Shown: positions 1 to 12,419 of the stretch, piece by piece
Position numbering within the stretch: the stretch's first letter is position 1
How the letters are laid out: each line of letters begins with the position of its first letter
DNA from: Phoronis australis
Taxonomy: Eukaryota; Animalia; Phoronida
NCBI GenBank assembly: GCA_002633005.1
Contig: NMRA01000018.1
Coordinates: forward strand, 707,131-771,130
Direction: 5' to 3'
DNA length: 64,000 nucleotides
Program-made: the position numbers and the translations under genes
The notes under the pieces: model-generated
Seen by the model: the letters and a program-made list of their open reading frames with translations, nothing else
What the model was told of the DNA's origin: nothing
The model's database searches: none

Positions 1-1199
1 TCGTTGGAATGGTTAATTTTTGTGTTCATCGTGAAGGTGGACTCACGTGAAGTGTAGAATGCTGTTGCGCAACTTCCGCCGCTGTTCAGTTCCGACTGTC
101 AGTACATTGCTTCACCCACAACAAGACTTGTGCAATGCCTCCACGTCGCAACACATGGACTGGGTATACTCGGACTAAACTGTGCGGGATCGGGTGGGGA
201 AGGAGCGTTTCTGTCTTTTGAAGTCTCTGTTGTTTCGAACGATATGAGATGCCGAAAACCCCGTTGGGAGCACTCTCTTTTCTCGGGAAGTTGGTCAGTG
301 GCTCTAGATTGGGAAGCCCCTCTAACGGAATCACCCTCCTTTGGGTCTCCTTGTCAAGAGTATTTTGACTTTGAGCTCTTCGGGGCTGGTTAATACCGCC
401 TTGTCTCCTGCCAGGTGACGCGGGAACCCTTGAAAAATAATACCCTGGTTCTTGAGTCTTAAGTCAGTTGCTGCTGATGGTAAACATCACAGAACTTTGC
501 GTATTAAGTGATCTTGGGAAAACCGCGGTAGCGCCTGCTGCACTAGAGAACAAGCGTCTGCATGGTTAGCTCTAGGATGTTGCAAGGGTCTGGCACTTGG
601 AAGTATTCATACTGAACCTGGGAAGTCCATTTGCAGTAGAAACCCTTTCGCTGGGTGTCATATGTTCGCTTGGAGCAACCAGGCAGAAGAGCTGTTGAAA
701 TCAGTGTCAGACCCTATAGCTTTGCGGATGCAGGAAAGCCTTTGACTTGGCCTTGTTGTCACCCTATATATAGGGTGATAGCGGATGCAGACCTGAATCA
801 TGGATTGACAGCGAAAACTAATAACCCATCCTGGAGGGGGTTCAAGTGACAAGCGCTCAGGGCAGTCGAATGTGGTCTTTGCGGTAACGGAAGTCCATCT
901 CAAAGACTCCTCCTTAGGAGTTTCTATAAGGCAAGTGGAAGCACCACCTACTGTAGACGCTCGCTCTGGGAAATCATTAGACTCTTCTATGAGAGTGGAA
1001 AGTGAAATTACCAAGCTCCTGAAAGCAGCAAGTGTGGCTGCTGACGCGAACTCTAAACCTGCCCCGGACACTCCTCGCGGAGCGAATGGAAGCGGAAATA
1101 TTTCAACTGGGCCTTATGACAGCTCCCACCTCTCTCTGCTGCTGCTAAGCGGAGCACAAAGCGGGTTCGCCAGACGGCTCAGAAGAAGCTTGAAAACCT

Positions 1200-1830
1200 A
1201 GAAATCGATGTTCAGCAGGGACAGGTCGACTCCTGAAACATCCTAAAAATCACCCACCATATTGGCTAAAGTGAATAAACTCCCTTAAGCTAGCGTGTCC
1301 AAGAAAGATCTTAGTGCCTTTGTGGCTGCAAAGGCTGGTGAGCCGTCTACAGATGGCATTTGTCAAGCCTCAGATCCCGTGTCCCACTTCATATTAAGTC
1401 AGTGAGACATGAATTGGGCAAAATGGCGATTGGCTGTGACAACTCAGCTACCCTTGACTGGGTCAAACTTGGATGTAACGAACTTACTTCTGATGGTCCT
1501 ATCACAGTTCAGGGTTCCAGTTGATGGGTCCAGGAGACCTGTGGTCAAGGCCTTCTGTCATGTCTTAGAGGAAGTCGCTGCTAATAAGGATGCTTTCTTG
1601 CTGGTCCTTTAAAAGGAGAGCAATGATGACATAGACATGACAAAGTTTCGTGTGACGTCAATGACTGCCATCAAACCAACGTTGAATTATCCCTCTGAGG
1701 GATTTACTATCGTCCTAGATTTCGAAGAGTCCGCTTGCTTGGCAGATTCCCCGTGAGATTGGTTTTCGTCCCTAGTGCGGCTTTGGTGGGCGAGTGCTTT
1801 GCAGACCTAGGGGAAAAAGCAGTAGGAGGC
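1200..1830 (+). pseudogene. Decayed ORF1 (DUF4780-like) of an R1/LOA-type non-LTR retrotransposon
   Basis: Frameshifted translation includes GKMAIGCDNSATLDWVK, resembling the G.L...C.D..T..WL motif. It lies just upstream of the APE-type ORF2 start at 2062. Confidence 0.45.
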
Positions 1831-2354
1831 CAAAGCTTTTATCCGGGTCTCATAAGGGATGTAAACCTCGGACGTGGAAGCTTACTGTGTGGCCACCTCA
1901 AAGTCAGTGGGAATGGACATGGCAGATGAAACAACTGAGGTAGGGAATGTTGCTGAGGTTTCTGAACCTATACCATTCAATAACAGATCTTCTCTGGCTC
2001 TTTCCCCACTCACGAGTGACGTGGAGTCTTGATAGAAAACCACTGGTATATTTTAACATGAATGAATCAAGAGGTTAAAATGTGGGAGATAAATCTGCAT
2101 CGGGCCAACAACCCGTCAGTGCTTCTGCAACAGACGCTTGAGTGCAATACCCTATTCATGGCCTTCATACAAGGGCCGTGCTGTCGGGGAAGCGTGATGA
2201 TGAACACTCTTAGGGATGTCAAATATTATTCTGCTTCACTGATAACAACATCAAGCCCAGTGGTGCGATTATGGTATCCAAGGACATAACCCCAACAATT
2301 CTTCTTGAGTTTTGTGACAAGGACACTGTGGAAGTGTCTTGTATACACTAAGAC

Positions 2355-5128
2355 CAAGGAGTGTACTAGTACAGGAGAGTTCACTCCGCCATTTTACCAA
2401 ACGCCGCAATGGTTACCGATCGAAATACTAGTTCTGCAAGCGGTGAATAATCAACACTTACTTAGGAGCACAGTCCGAACAATGTAAACACGGATGAATT
2501 CATACTTTAATGACGTTCAACGTGCAATAAAATTACTGTGTGATTAAAATGGTTAGAATACGTAAACTAACATCCACTTATAATCGAATGAGAATGAAAA
2601 TGTGTAATTTAATCAATATTAAAGTGTATTTGTTTTTATTCTTTTGAAACTCCCTTAGAAATCCATCACGGTTTTGTTTCATGTTTGAGTTCTTAACAAG
2701 GCAAATTATCGTTCCTTATAACAGTTCATACCTCCATGGATTGCTCTTGGGGTTCAGAGGGTAATTCTCCCAAGGTGACAGCTAAGGGGGTACCAGGCAA
2801 AAACCAGGTGGGCGCCAAATGGGTGTTAACCCACTCCTAGGGGGGTCACATGGGAGGAGTGCTAAACAGGTAAAAACCAATGGGGTATGCCACATGGGTG
2901 TTGATCCCCTCTCATCGTCACAAATTTTGGTTGCTCCCCTGACCATTGACAAACATATTGCTCCCAGCTCACTGCTGGTTTCATCTAAACCCAACAATTT
3001 CGCATGTGCTCCCTATTCAATGCACCAGCATACTAGCAATGCGAACCATTGTTTGGTGCAGTGGGTGTTACACATGTAAGAAGAAGAAAGCAATTCATCA
3101 CTACCACAAAATCGTAATATAATTTTAGAACATTTCATTATTTCTTAGATATGCCAGCATAGGGTAAACTCAATCGCACTATCCCACGCGCTCCCAGGGG
3201 GCTCGGGGGGCTTGAACAAGCCCCCCATTTGGCGAAGTGGGCAAAAAGGTCCACCCCCAAGAGACAAAAAGCCCGAGAAAATGGAACAAAAATCCACTAA
3301 AGAAGCGCAAATGCGCAATTCACAGTGGTGGTCCCATTTTTTTTAGTCTGCCCACTCATTTGTTAGCAAAAGGTCTACATCGTCAGGAATTCGAGCCCCC
3401 CCCATTAACTAGTCCAAGTTCAAAATGTCATGACAAAAAAGTTAAGAGGTACTGAACAACAATCAAAATATTCACTAGCCACACACCTTCATACAAAACT
3501 GAATTAAAAAGACTTGGATGATAAAACTAAAATTTTATTTTCTATACCCACTGTTCCTATTATCAATAACAGTAAATATTTCAAGTAAGCTAAACCTAGA
3601 CCACAAGATCATATTTGTTACCTAGCCACAACTGGGGCTTAAATTAACCACAATCTCCAAAACCGTACAAAATGGGCAACACATACATCAATACAACAAG
3701 AAAATCTAATCAACCTTCTCACTCTCTATTAATTCACTAGTAAACAACAGCTCATTTTGCCGGGAAATGCGTTGAAGCTGAAAATTAATTTACTCACAGA
3801 GATGTTTGTCATTGAGAAGCAAAATGATACGGATAGCTTGGGTTTAACAAAATGTCAGCCCACAATTTAGACTCTAAAAGACACATCAGTTTCACTTTGG
3901 CTCTCTTCAAATCACAGGCTAACCATTCAACCTTAGTAAAATACGAAAACCAGATTTTGACTAATTGTCCTTTTTACACGTGATGTTCCAGTACTTGCTT
4001 TGTGATAGGATAATCAGAAATGCAAAAAAAAAACTATTCCAGAGCTGTAATATAATTTCCAGAGAACTTTTTGACCCTGACATCTTCATTTTTGGTGGAT
4101 TCGGGACATCAAATATTGTTCGGACACTGCAGTCAATACCAGCTTGTTCTTCATTCATGAACATGGACTCCTCGAAGTGATGAGAGCATAACTTGCAGTT
4201 CTTGGACAAATAGGCTGCATCTCTATTCATAAGGTCAGCTCCCAGCGCTTGCACCTGAACAGTAATCAATGACTGAGAGACTCAGGAGGAACAAACCTCA
4301 TACTCACTAGGTTCACAGAAGACTGGTAGCCTACACTAAAGTACACTACACTACAGAATTCCTGTCGTACTGTGATTGTGATAGAGACAAAAGCGTTTTG
4401 GTGTCACCTGAAAAAAACTCGGGCTCAAATGTCGATCCACGGACATTTTAAAAGGGCCGCGACCCCGCATCATTGACACATAGAAGTGAGTTTTCAATGA
4501 CGCACTGCTTAACTTAATTGGTCCAACTGGCACATTAAAATTATATTGATTTGTTCACTTTTTACAGAGACCCACAGATTATCTAACTTGACTCATGGCA
4601 GACTTGTGGCCCTGTGGCTGTGATTGTGCCATGGTCGTGTGACCAGTCATATTACACATGACCATGGGCATGTACATGTATGTTTTCCTAAAATTGTCCC
4701 TGCGATCGTACGGGTGACAATTTTATTTGGACTTCGTGGACTGCAAGTATCCAAAAAGGAGTTCACATCGTACGTTCATCATAGTCCTTCCGCCGGCAGC
4801 CCGGCTGTACAGTAGGCCTAGCCTACACTGCAGACAACAGTGGCAACGGGACTGCGATCGACTTGTCTAACAACCGTGAACAGAACACACAAAATGAAAG
4901 CCAATAACAGATAATCCTTACCTTTCTGGATCCTTAGGAAATCTAAAAAATGACACGTCTGGGGTTTTCGTGGATGAATTCATGCAATTTATCGCACTGC
5001 AAAATGCGTCCTTCCCCATTGTTTTGGCGCCTCCTGGTTGACAGTTGCTTAGTCCCAACTTGGCGGCGATAGTAGTAGCGGTAAAAGCGAACTCACAAGT
5101 GAACTCTCCTATACTACTACACTCCTTG
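2355..5128 (-). mobile_element. P-superfamily-like non-autonomous DNA transposon with THAP remnant
   Basis: 31-bp TIRs (CAAGGAGTGTACTAGTACAGGAGAGTTCACT, 2 mismatches between ends) and 7-bp TSD CTAAGAC at 2348-2354 and 5129-5135. Confidence 0.88.
4070..5019 (-). pseudogene. Two-exon THAP domain remnant
   Basis: Exon 1 (5019-4922) reads MGKDAFCSAINCMNSSTKTPDVSFFRFPKDPE(R) followed by gtaagg. Exon 2 begins at ~4254 after ttcag: CKRW, a frameshift, then YLSKNCKLCSHHFEESMF...TIFDVPNPP. Confidence 0.8.
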
Positions 5129-5710
5129 CTAAGACCAAATGGTCTAATATGCTCAGTATGGTCGTTCTCAGTCTAAATGCCAGGGGACTCCATCGAAAAC
5201 CCACCCCCATGTAAACTGCAACAAATCACCAATAACTGCAGAGGCAAAAAATATCCCTTAGGTTATGTGTTGTGATGCCAATTCACATCACTAGCTGTGT
5301 CACAGCAGTGACACTAACTCAAGAGGTGAGGCACTTCTAGAGTTCGTTGTCAGCTCACAACTTTTAATATGCAACAAGGGCCATGAGTCCACATTTGTTG
5401 TCAGAAACCGGCATCAGGTTATAAACCGTACTCTAGTTAATTTGCCTGCTGTTGATGTGGTAACTGATTGGAGAGTAGATTCTGCACCTTCTTAATCTGA
5501 CAACAGATACATAAGGTTTGAAGTGGTGACCTCTGTTCCTCTATTTAGTGAGTATAGGAACAGCAATAAGATGAGTTGGGAACTCTATCTTTCATTCTAC
5601 ATTAAGAACAACAAATCTCAGAACTCATTCTATGTTAACAAATTGGCAGATGACATTAACAATGTCCTGACCAATTCACTACATATTTTCTGCCCCAAAT
5701 GCTGTATTAA

Positions 5711-7322
5711 AGCCCTCGTAGAACATGAAAACTGACTTTTAGGCATGGTCAAAGCACCAGTTTATCTTCCTTAATTTATAGCAGATACTTACATTTATAA
5801 GCCAAAGTCGTTTTTAAGTTATTTTTGCCAAAACACTGCACATGTCCGCGTCTGTAATTGTGAAAAAAAAATTCAGGTGGCGCTGTGCAGTTAACCGGAT
5901 GTGTGACGTCAACGTTAAGCTTAAGTCACTTCTCAGTCCCGAGTCTGCGTGTAACTCTCTAGCGTAATGTGCGTCATCGGTGATGTTTTCAATCCAGAAA
6001 AAGGTGGCCGTCTAACAGAGAGTCATTGAAATTGATTTGATATCTTTATAGCCATCGTTTTATGTCTCCATAATCGAGTATGCACATCCAAGGACGGATG
6101 ACTCACTCCGCCAGCGGGAGGGCTGGTGGATCACTGTCGACTTTGTTGCCGGGCGATCAGGGAACTATCCAGTGGACGGGGTAAACAAAAAGATTTTCAC
6201 ACGATTGCCGTATCACAGACTCGAAATCAACCGCAGGTCATATTTTGCTATACTTCTCACAGCAATTTGCTTGAACGATAACAAAGCTTGACATGCAGAA
6301 CTTACGGCTCGAAATGTGCGTTGCGATATTTTCCCGTTCATATCGTTCATTCGCTTACCTAAATTAGACATATGGCAACACATAGGACCTCTCACAAAAA
6401 ATAAAAATTCTTTGTCGTGATTAAAAAAAATTGACCTGATTTTCATATATAATTAACCTTCACACCCATTGGTAAGGACTATCCTATGTGAGCTTAGACA
6501 GCAAAATCGGTCACTTGTCGGTATGCAGTCTATTTTGCGTGGTGTGAATTTTGAACTCAAGGTCGAATCAAACGTACCGTGGAGTATAAAAATGCAGTTG
6601 AAGTCCGTGAGAAGATTAGGAATTTGGTTTCTGATTGTTTCTGGTCCTTTTAATGTGAGTTTTGTTTGATAGATTAAATTTTCACTTGCGTTAAAAATTT
6701 CTCAACTTTGGTGTTCAACACGGCCGCGGATTCACGTGACTGGGATTTCTGAATCTGGGCCTTCATTCAAACGTGAACTTTCACACTTTAGAACTTAGGA
6801 CATTGAAAACGATCAATCCAAAAACAAAACGACTGACTTAGACCACCCTACTTAACTTCGGCTGCCCTATTACGCTTCTTACTTTCTGTCATTAATTGAT
6901 AAAAGACCTATAGTGAACTCCATAAGTTCAAGCTCCAAGCCCAGTAGAAAAAATAAGGGCCAGGTTCTATAGAGTTCCGACGGGCTAAACAAAGTAGAAC
7001 TGGGCATATCGTCCTTAACTTAACGTGGACTTTCCAGTTGCTGCCTGTCTCTTTTGACGACCTTTGTGAATGCCTGGCCCGAGCTTCCAAATCCACCAGC
7101 TGATCTGTCAAGCCGTGACGCGGAAACGAATAGGTCTAATTGTTCACGTCACTTAGCGCTGATTGGTTTAAAAATGTCAGACGACGAAGTGCGTAAGTGT
7201 CACAATTAATTCAGTTATTAATTAACACGCGGTGCATGTTTTTTCAAACACGTTTTTTTAAAATCATAAAAGACATATATTTTGAATACAAGAGAGCCTT
7301 TATTGCTAATTCTTCGAGGCCT
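5711..7322. mobile_element. Kolobok-like non-autonomous element, family A
   Basis: TTAA on both sides (5707-5710, 7323-7326) and AG-starting imperfect TIRs AGCCCTCGTAGAA / AGGCCTCGAAGAA. It interrupts the R1/LOA ORF. Confidence 0.75.
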
Positions 7323-7727
7323 TTAAGGTCACTGGAAAACCAAGCAACAGTGTTGGTGGACCAAAGAACTAGCAGCACTTCGGGAAAGGCACGTAAAACT
7401 CACAGAACGACAATTCGGACTGACAGTGACGAGTGCTGGGATGCATATCATCTTGCCTATCGTATGTTTAAGTCCGCCACACGCAAAGCAAAGCGTAATT
7501 CCTGGAGGAACTTCTGTCAGCAAACCAACAGCCTCTCTGCATCTGCAAGGCTTGTGCAATTACTTAAGAACAACCACTCCCCCAAATCGAGGTCATTCAA
7601 AAAGAGGATGGCTCATACACACGCACCGCTGAGCCTGAGGAAACACTGGAAGCCACGATGGGTAAGTACAACCCTGATAGTGTAAAACTGTCAAATCAAT
7701 GCTCTGAAGGGAAGGACTCTTAGGATT

Positions 7728-9525
7728 GTGTGTGTGAGAGAGAGAGAAAACACTTTTATTTACATTAAATTATGATAATACAATGATTAAAATTTGATTT
7801 CTATTAGGAGGCCTTCTAAAGGTTATTGACCGCTTATAAGAAGGTTCCCTGTACAAAATAAATAAATGGAAATGCAAAAATCAGTAGGAATACTTAAAAA
7901 AACAAAGTGAATTAGTGCTGAAAACGACCGACATGCCAGTACCAAGAAGTGGACTGGTACAGCTCAGGAGATTTTGAGAATACAGTTAGATGCTGTTACA
8001 TATGAAGTATTGATTTAAGTATGTAGGAGTTTTAATGTGTCTGGTTGGTTTATATTGGGTGTGTTTACTAAAGTTGTTAGTGTAAAAATAGTTAGTAAGT
8101 TGATTATTGAGAAATTTGTAGTAAAATTGTGCAGTTGAGATTTTAAAAATGTCTTGAAGTAGAGGGAGGCGAAGTTCCTTACATATGGGCAGAGAGTGAG
8201 CATTATAACTGGAATTTGATATATCTCTAAGGATTCTCTTCAGGGCTGTCTGAAGTTTCTTAGTGTTGCCAAAACCCCAAGTTACAATTCCATAGTTTAA
8301 ATATGGGAGGACAAGTGAATTATATATTAACTTGAGAGCTGGAAGAGGAAGATAAGATTTCCATTGATATATGAGTCCACAAAGATTGTTAAGTTTGTTT
8401 TGAGATGAGGTTAATGAGGGGGGACCATGAGAGGTTTTTGTCAACAATAATGCCAAGGAAAGGAAAACTGTTCACATGGCATTTTGTTTTGCTATTTATG
8501 TAAGTGGTGGAAATGATACATTTTTCAATTTTCTTTTGGGGGTAGTGGAATATCAAAAATTTACTTTTTGATGTGTTAATTGAAAGTTTGTTCACGGAAA
8601 ACTAGTCTGAAATAAATCTAAGGTTGTTGTTGATGGTGGTTGATTGCTGTAAAGTGTGTTGGGAAGATTCAGTCAGTTTGTAAGGTGTGACGAGGCAAGT
8701 GTCGTCAGCATAAAGAAGTGTGTCCATGGGAGAAGAAAACGAAAGATCATTTATGTAAACTAAGAAGAGAAGTGGGCCAAGGACAGAGCCTTGGGGAACT
8801 CCGGCAGATATTGGCAACCAACTGGAAATTGTATCTTTTAGTGAAACATATTGGGTAAGGTTTGAGAGATAATTTTTAAATAGAGTACATTCAATTCCGG
8901 TAATACCATAGTGATTTATCTTTTTCAAGAGTATTTGGTGGTCTATTGTGTCGAAAGCTTTAGAGAGATCGAGAAAGATGACCAGGGGATTCATGTCATT
9001 ATCAAGATGGGAACAAATGCGGTCTACAAGCTCAAGCGAAGCAATTTCTGTAGAGTGACATTTTCTGAAACCATATTGTTGTTTATTAAGAATATCGTTT
9101 TCATTTAGGAAAGTTGAAAGTTGAGTATGGATATTTTTTCTATAATTTTTGAGATAGTTGGAAGAATAGAAATGGGTATATAATTGCCCGGGTCCAAACC
9201 ATGTCGTTTAAAAACTGGGATTACCTTAGCAATTTTTAGAGCATCTGGAAATATAACAGTGAGCAAGTACTGGTTGATGATGGTCGTGAGAGGTTCAGTT
9301 ATAAAGGACTGCTTACTTTAATAATTTTAGATGATAAATTGTCATAACCAGTACTATTTTTTGTGTTCATGTCTCTTATATCATGTAGTACATGTTTATT
9401 ATTAATTAGTTTGAAAGAGAACTTAAATTTGTTTGGCTTGGGAAGATAGTCTTTGAAATTCTTGTTTTTTATCATAGTTACTGATTCAGAAAGGAATGGG
9501 CCGATTTGGGTAAAATATTTGATTC
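7728..9525 (-). mobile_element. 5'-truncated CR1/L2-group (Crack/Daphne-like) LINE, RT and C-terminus
   Basis: Motifs FLDLSKAFDTIDH, GVPQGSVLGPLLFLVYINDL, YADDT, FLGIIVDKNLSW and LIYNSLVLPYLNYGIVTWG, with frameshifts. The 3' end has AATAAA followed by a (CT)n(CA)n tail. Confidence 0.9.
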
Positions 9526-12419
9526 TCCAATGTTACTGAGCTTCCTCGTCTCCTAACTTTTTCTTTTGAGAATGACGCTTACTTCTGCTGCAGAAACATT
9601 TATACTCTAAGATATGACTAAACATCACACGTACACTGGTCAAGGCCTAAGTACATCAGTGTGGGTGTTTCTTAGAATCAACCCACCTAAAGTTGACCAC
9701 TCCAAAACATGTTTTGATGATCATATCCTGTTTGTTAGAACTACACTGAGAACTTAGCAGAACTAAAGCTTTTCTGAAGAAATTGAGCAATACTCAAGTT
9801 TACCACAACAAATTGCTTACAATAACAAGTCCTGTTCTAAAATATTTGTGACTTTCAAAATAGTTAACTGACATTAATTAACAAATTTGTTCATCAATTT
9901 AATTATCGATTTATAATGAATCGTTACATGTACATAATTCTAACATTTTTCATCAAAAATGTTACAACCTGATTTATGCGGTGAGGGTGTATCTCCATGC
10001 ACACATAGCGGGATTCAGTTTTACACTATACCCCGTGCTGGGTGTACCCAAGATAGTCTTGTGCAGGGATCGAGGATATTAAAATCGCCTGGTCGCATTT
10101 GCGACCTAGCCAAAATCCCAGGTCCTATTTTCAAAATCCAGCTAACATTCATAAATGCCAGGTCGCGAAATTTTCCCGCCATTTTTCCCCGCCAAAATTG
10201 ATTTTTTAGATTATCGACAAAATCTTTAGAATATGCTCTAGTACCTGCAGCGTTAAATGCTCACAAATTTCAGATCGCAAAATTGAGTTCATTCATGCAC
10301 GTACGGCGTTACTGTTCTTCACGACTGCCATTGAAAGGCTCTAGAGCGCAAGGCAATTTGTCGACGTGAAAGTTGAATCTGTGCTCTCTAACTGACTCGT
10401 GCATTCGAGTAGCTAAATTTTCGATGTAAAAAGGGAGAAAATGCCCGTTGAAAAAGTATTTTGCTAGGTCTGATCTGCTACTGGCTTTCATCAAAGTCAT
10501 TAAACAACCAAACTCACTCGGAGTGCAAAATTAATTCTCTCCACTGTTTGTTCGCAGCCCAAACTTTGCCACTTTTAAAATCGACGTTTGAAAAACATCA
10601 GTCGAAAAAAATCCGTGAAACGATGTACTAACCAAATGACCTATTTGGATGCTCGGGAACAGTTCAGTGCAAATTTCACAACAAAATTGTGGTACTTGTG
10701 CTGTTTACGTACTCAACAATTAGTTTTCCATGAAATCAATAGCCTCGAAATAATTCCAGACTCCCTACGCGGGGGTTTCCATCAGGTAATGGTGAGTTTA
10801 CTCCTCAATACCTTCCAAGTACAGGGAAAATAGGTGAGTCACAAAACGACACTCATGTCAGTAGTAATAGATTTCTTTCGAAGGGATAAAACAAAGCCGG
10901 GATTTAGTTTTACATAATATTGAGAAAAGACGTTTTGTGTAAACATGCGCGCACCCAGCCTAAAATACGTGTATGGCGGGCTCGAATTCTTCGATATGTG
11001 TGCATTTTACTGAAAAAAAATCAACGAGGACTAAAAAACGGGGCCACTTTGTTCAGACCTGCCAATCGTGCATCCGCTGTGGACTTGTGAACTTTGTGGA
11101 CTTTTGTTTCGTTTACTTATTATTTCACTGGGGCGGAAATTTTTGCCCAATTCGCCAAATTTGGTCCGAGCCCCTCCCTGGTAAAATGAAAGTGACACAC
11201 AGTGTAAGCTGCATGTTAATTTTAAACCACGGGCGGTCGTTTGTAGTGCGCTATGATGGGCGCTAGCCTGAACCGTGGGCGCTTAATTGGACATTCTCAA
11301 AAGTTAAGGGGGAGCGCTTAGTACATCAGTGAGCGCTTATGAATCACTTCAAAGGTAGGGAGTGGACTTGTGCGTGAGCATTAGTCGTTAACCTGATCGA
11401 GTGTTTGCGATTATAAGATATTAAAAGACTGCAAATAGTAAGAAACGTTATAATATTACGATGTTGCGAGAAAAACTCCATCTATTAGGGGTATCATTAC
11501 CACCTACGCTGTACAATTTGAGGCCAACCGGTATAATTTTGCTTTTAATTGCCCGTTTCAGCCGGAACAAGATTGTTTCTGTTGGAGTCTGAACATTTTA
11601 CGGCGACGGTGGTCCGGGTAGTGAAAAGTTGTCAAGAGATACGACCTTATTCATTTAATCAGGCCGAAGGTCAGAAGTTGCGGTTCTACCGGCGAACTTT
11701 GAAAGCTGAAGTCCCCGCCTTCTGCTGCCGGGAAACAGCCGTGCATTTGCCATGTTGCTAAACATTAACATGTCAAATATTTGCACAAAGACTATTAAAT
11801 GTCATATCAACAGCATTTATTTTTATCAAATACAAACAATAATTCATTGAAATATAATCAGTTTCAAGTAACGCCAATTAAAGTCAAGTAGTTATGGCAT
11901 TTTGGAAACGAACATTTGACTGACAAGACCGCAATGGCTCACCTTTGGCCTATTTAAAGATTGAGGTCATGAAGTCACATCACCAAACGAGCGCGGTAAA
12001 AATTGGAGCGTGCGCAGTATAAAAATGGTGAGTTCACGATTTTGGGAACTGAAATAGGGACTGCTCGAAGAAAAAGTTTGATAACGGGAGAATTTGTTCA
12101 AGAAGGAAGGAATCAAACACATCGACAACCTCCTAAGGTGTTTCTCTATGCGCAAAAGGTATTTATAACAACGTGACTTTGATGTTTTAGTCGATGCGAG
12201 GCATAATTCGCCGAAAAGCTTCCGGCGTATGGACCGCCTATAGGAGCTGCATCGCCTCTGGTCGGGCCAACAGAGGCGATGGTCATTGCCTATGGCATGA
12301 TATGAGTCCAGCTTAAAGAAACATACAAGTGCAACATGCTCACGCTGTCAGAAATGACAGTGCATACTTGGTAATATTATGTTTAACTTAAAATGACAGT
12401 GTGAGAAACATCCTGCACT

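Larger units (their letters stand above)
2062..7720 (+). mobile_element. R1/LOA (I-group) LINE ORF2 5' part, split into 2062-2354, 5136-5710 and 7327-7720 by two DNA-transposon insertions
   Basis: The pieces translate to WEINLHRANNPSVLL..AFIQGP, then CCDANSHH..SSDTNSRGEALLEFVV...ICNKGHESTFVVRNRHQVI...WRVDSAPS*SDNRYIRFEV (APE endonuclease), then WWTKELAALR...WDAYHLAYRMFKSATRKAKRNSWRNFC (linker). The pieces rejoin at the TSDs. Confidence 0.85.

Noticed and set aside
12250-12281. 11-bp stem hairpin CATCGCCTCTG...CAGAGGCGATG
   Set aside because: Isolated; no Helitron CTRR end or TSD could be linked to it.
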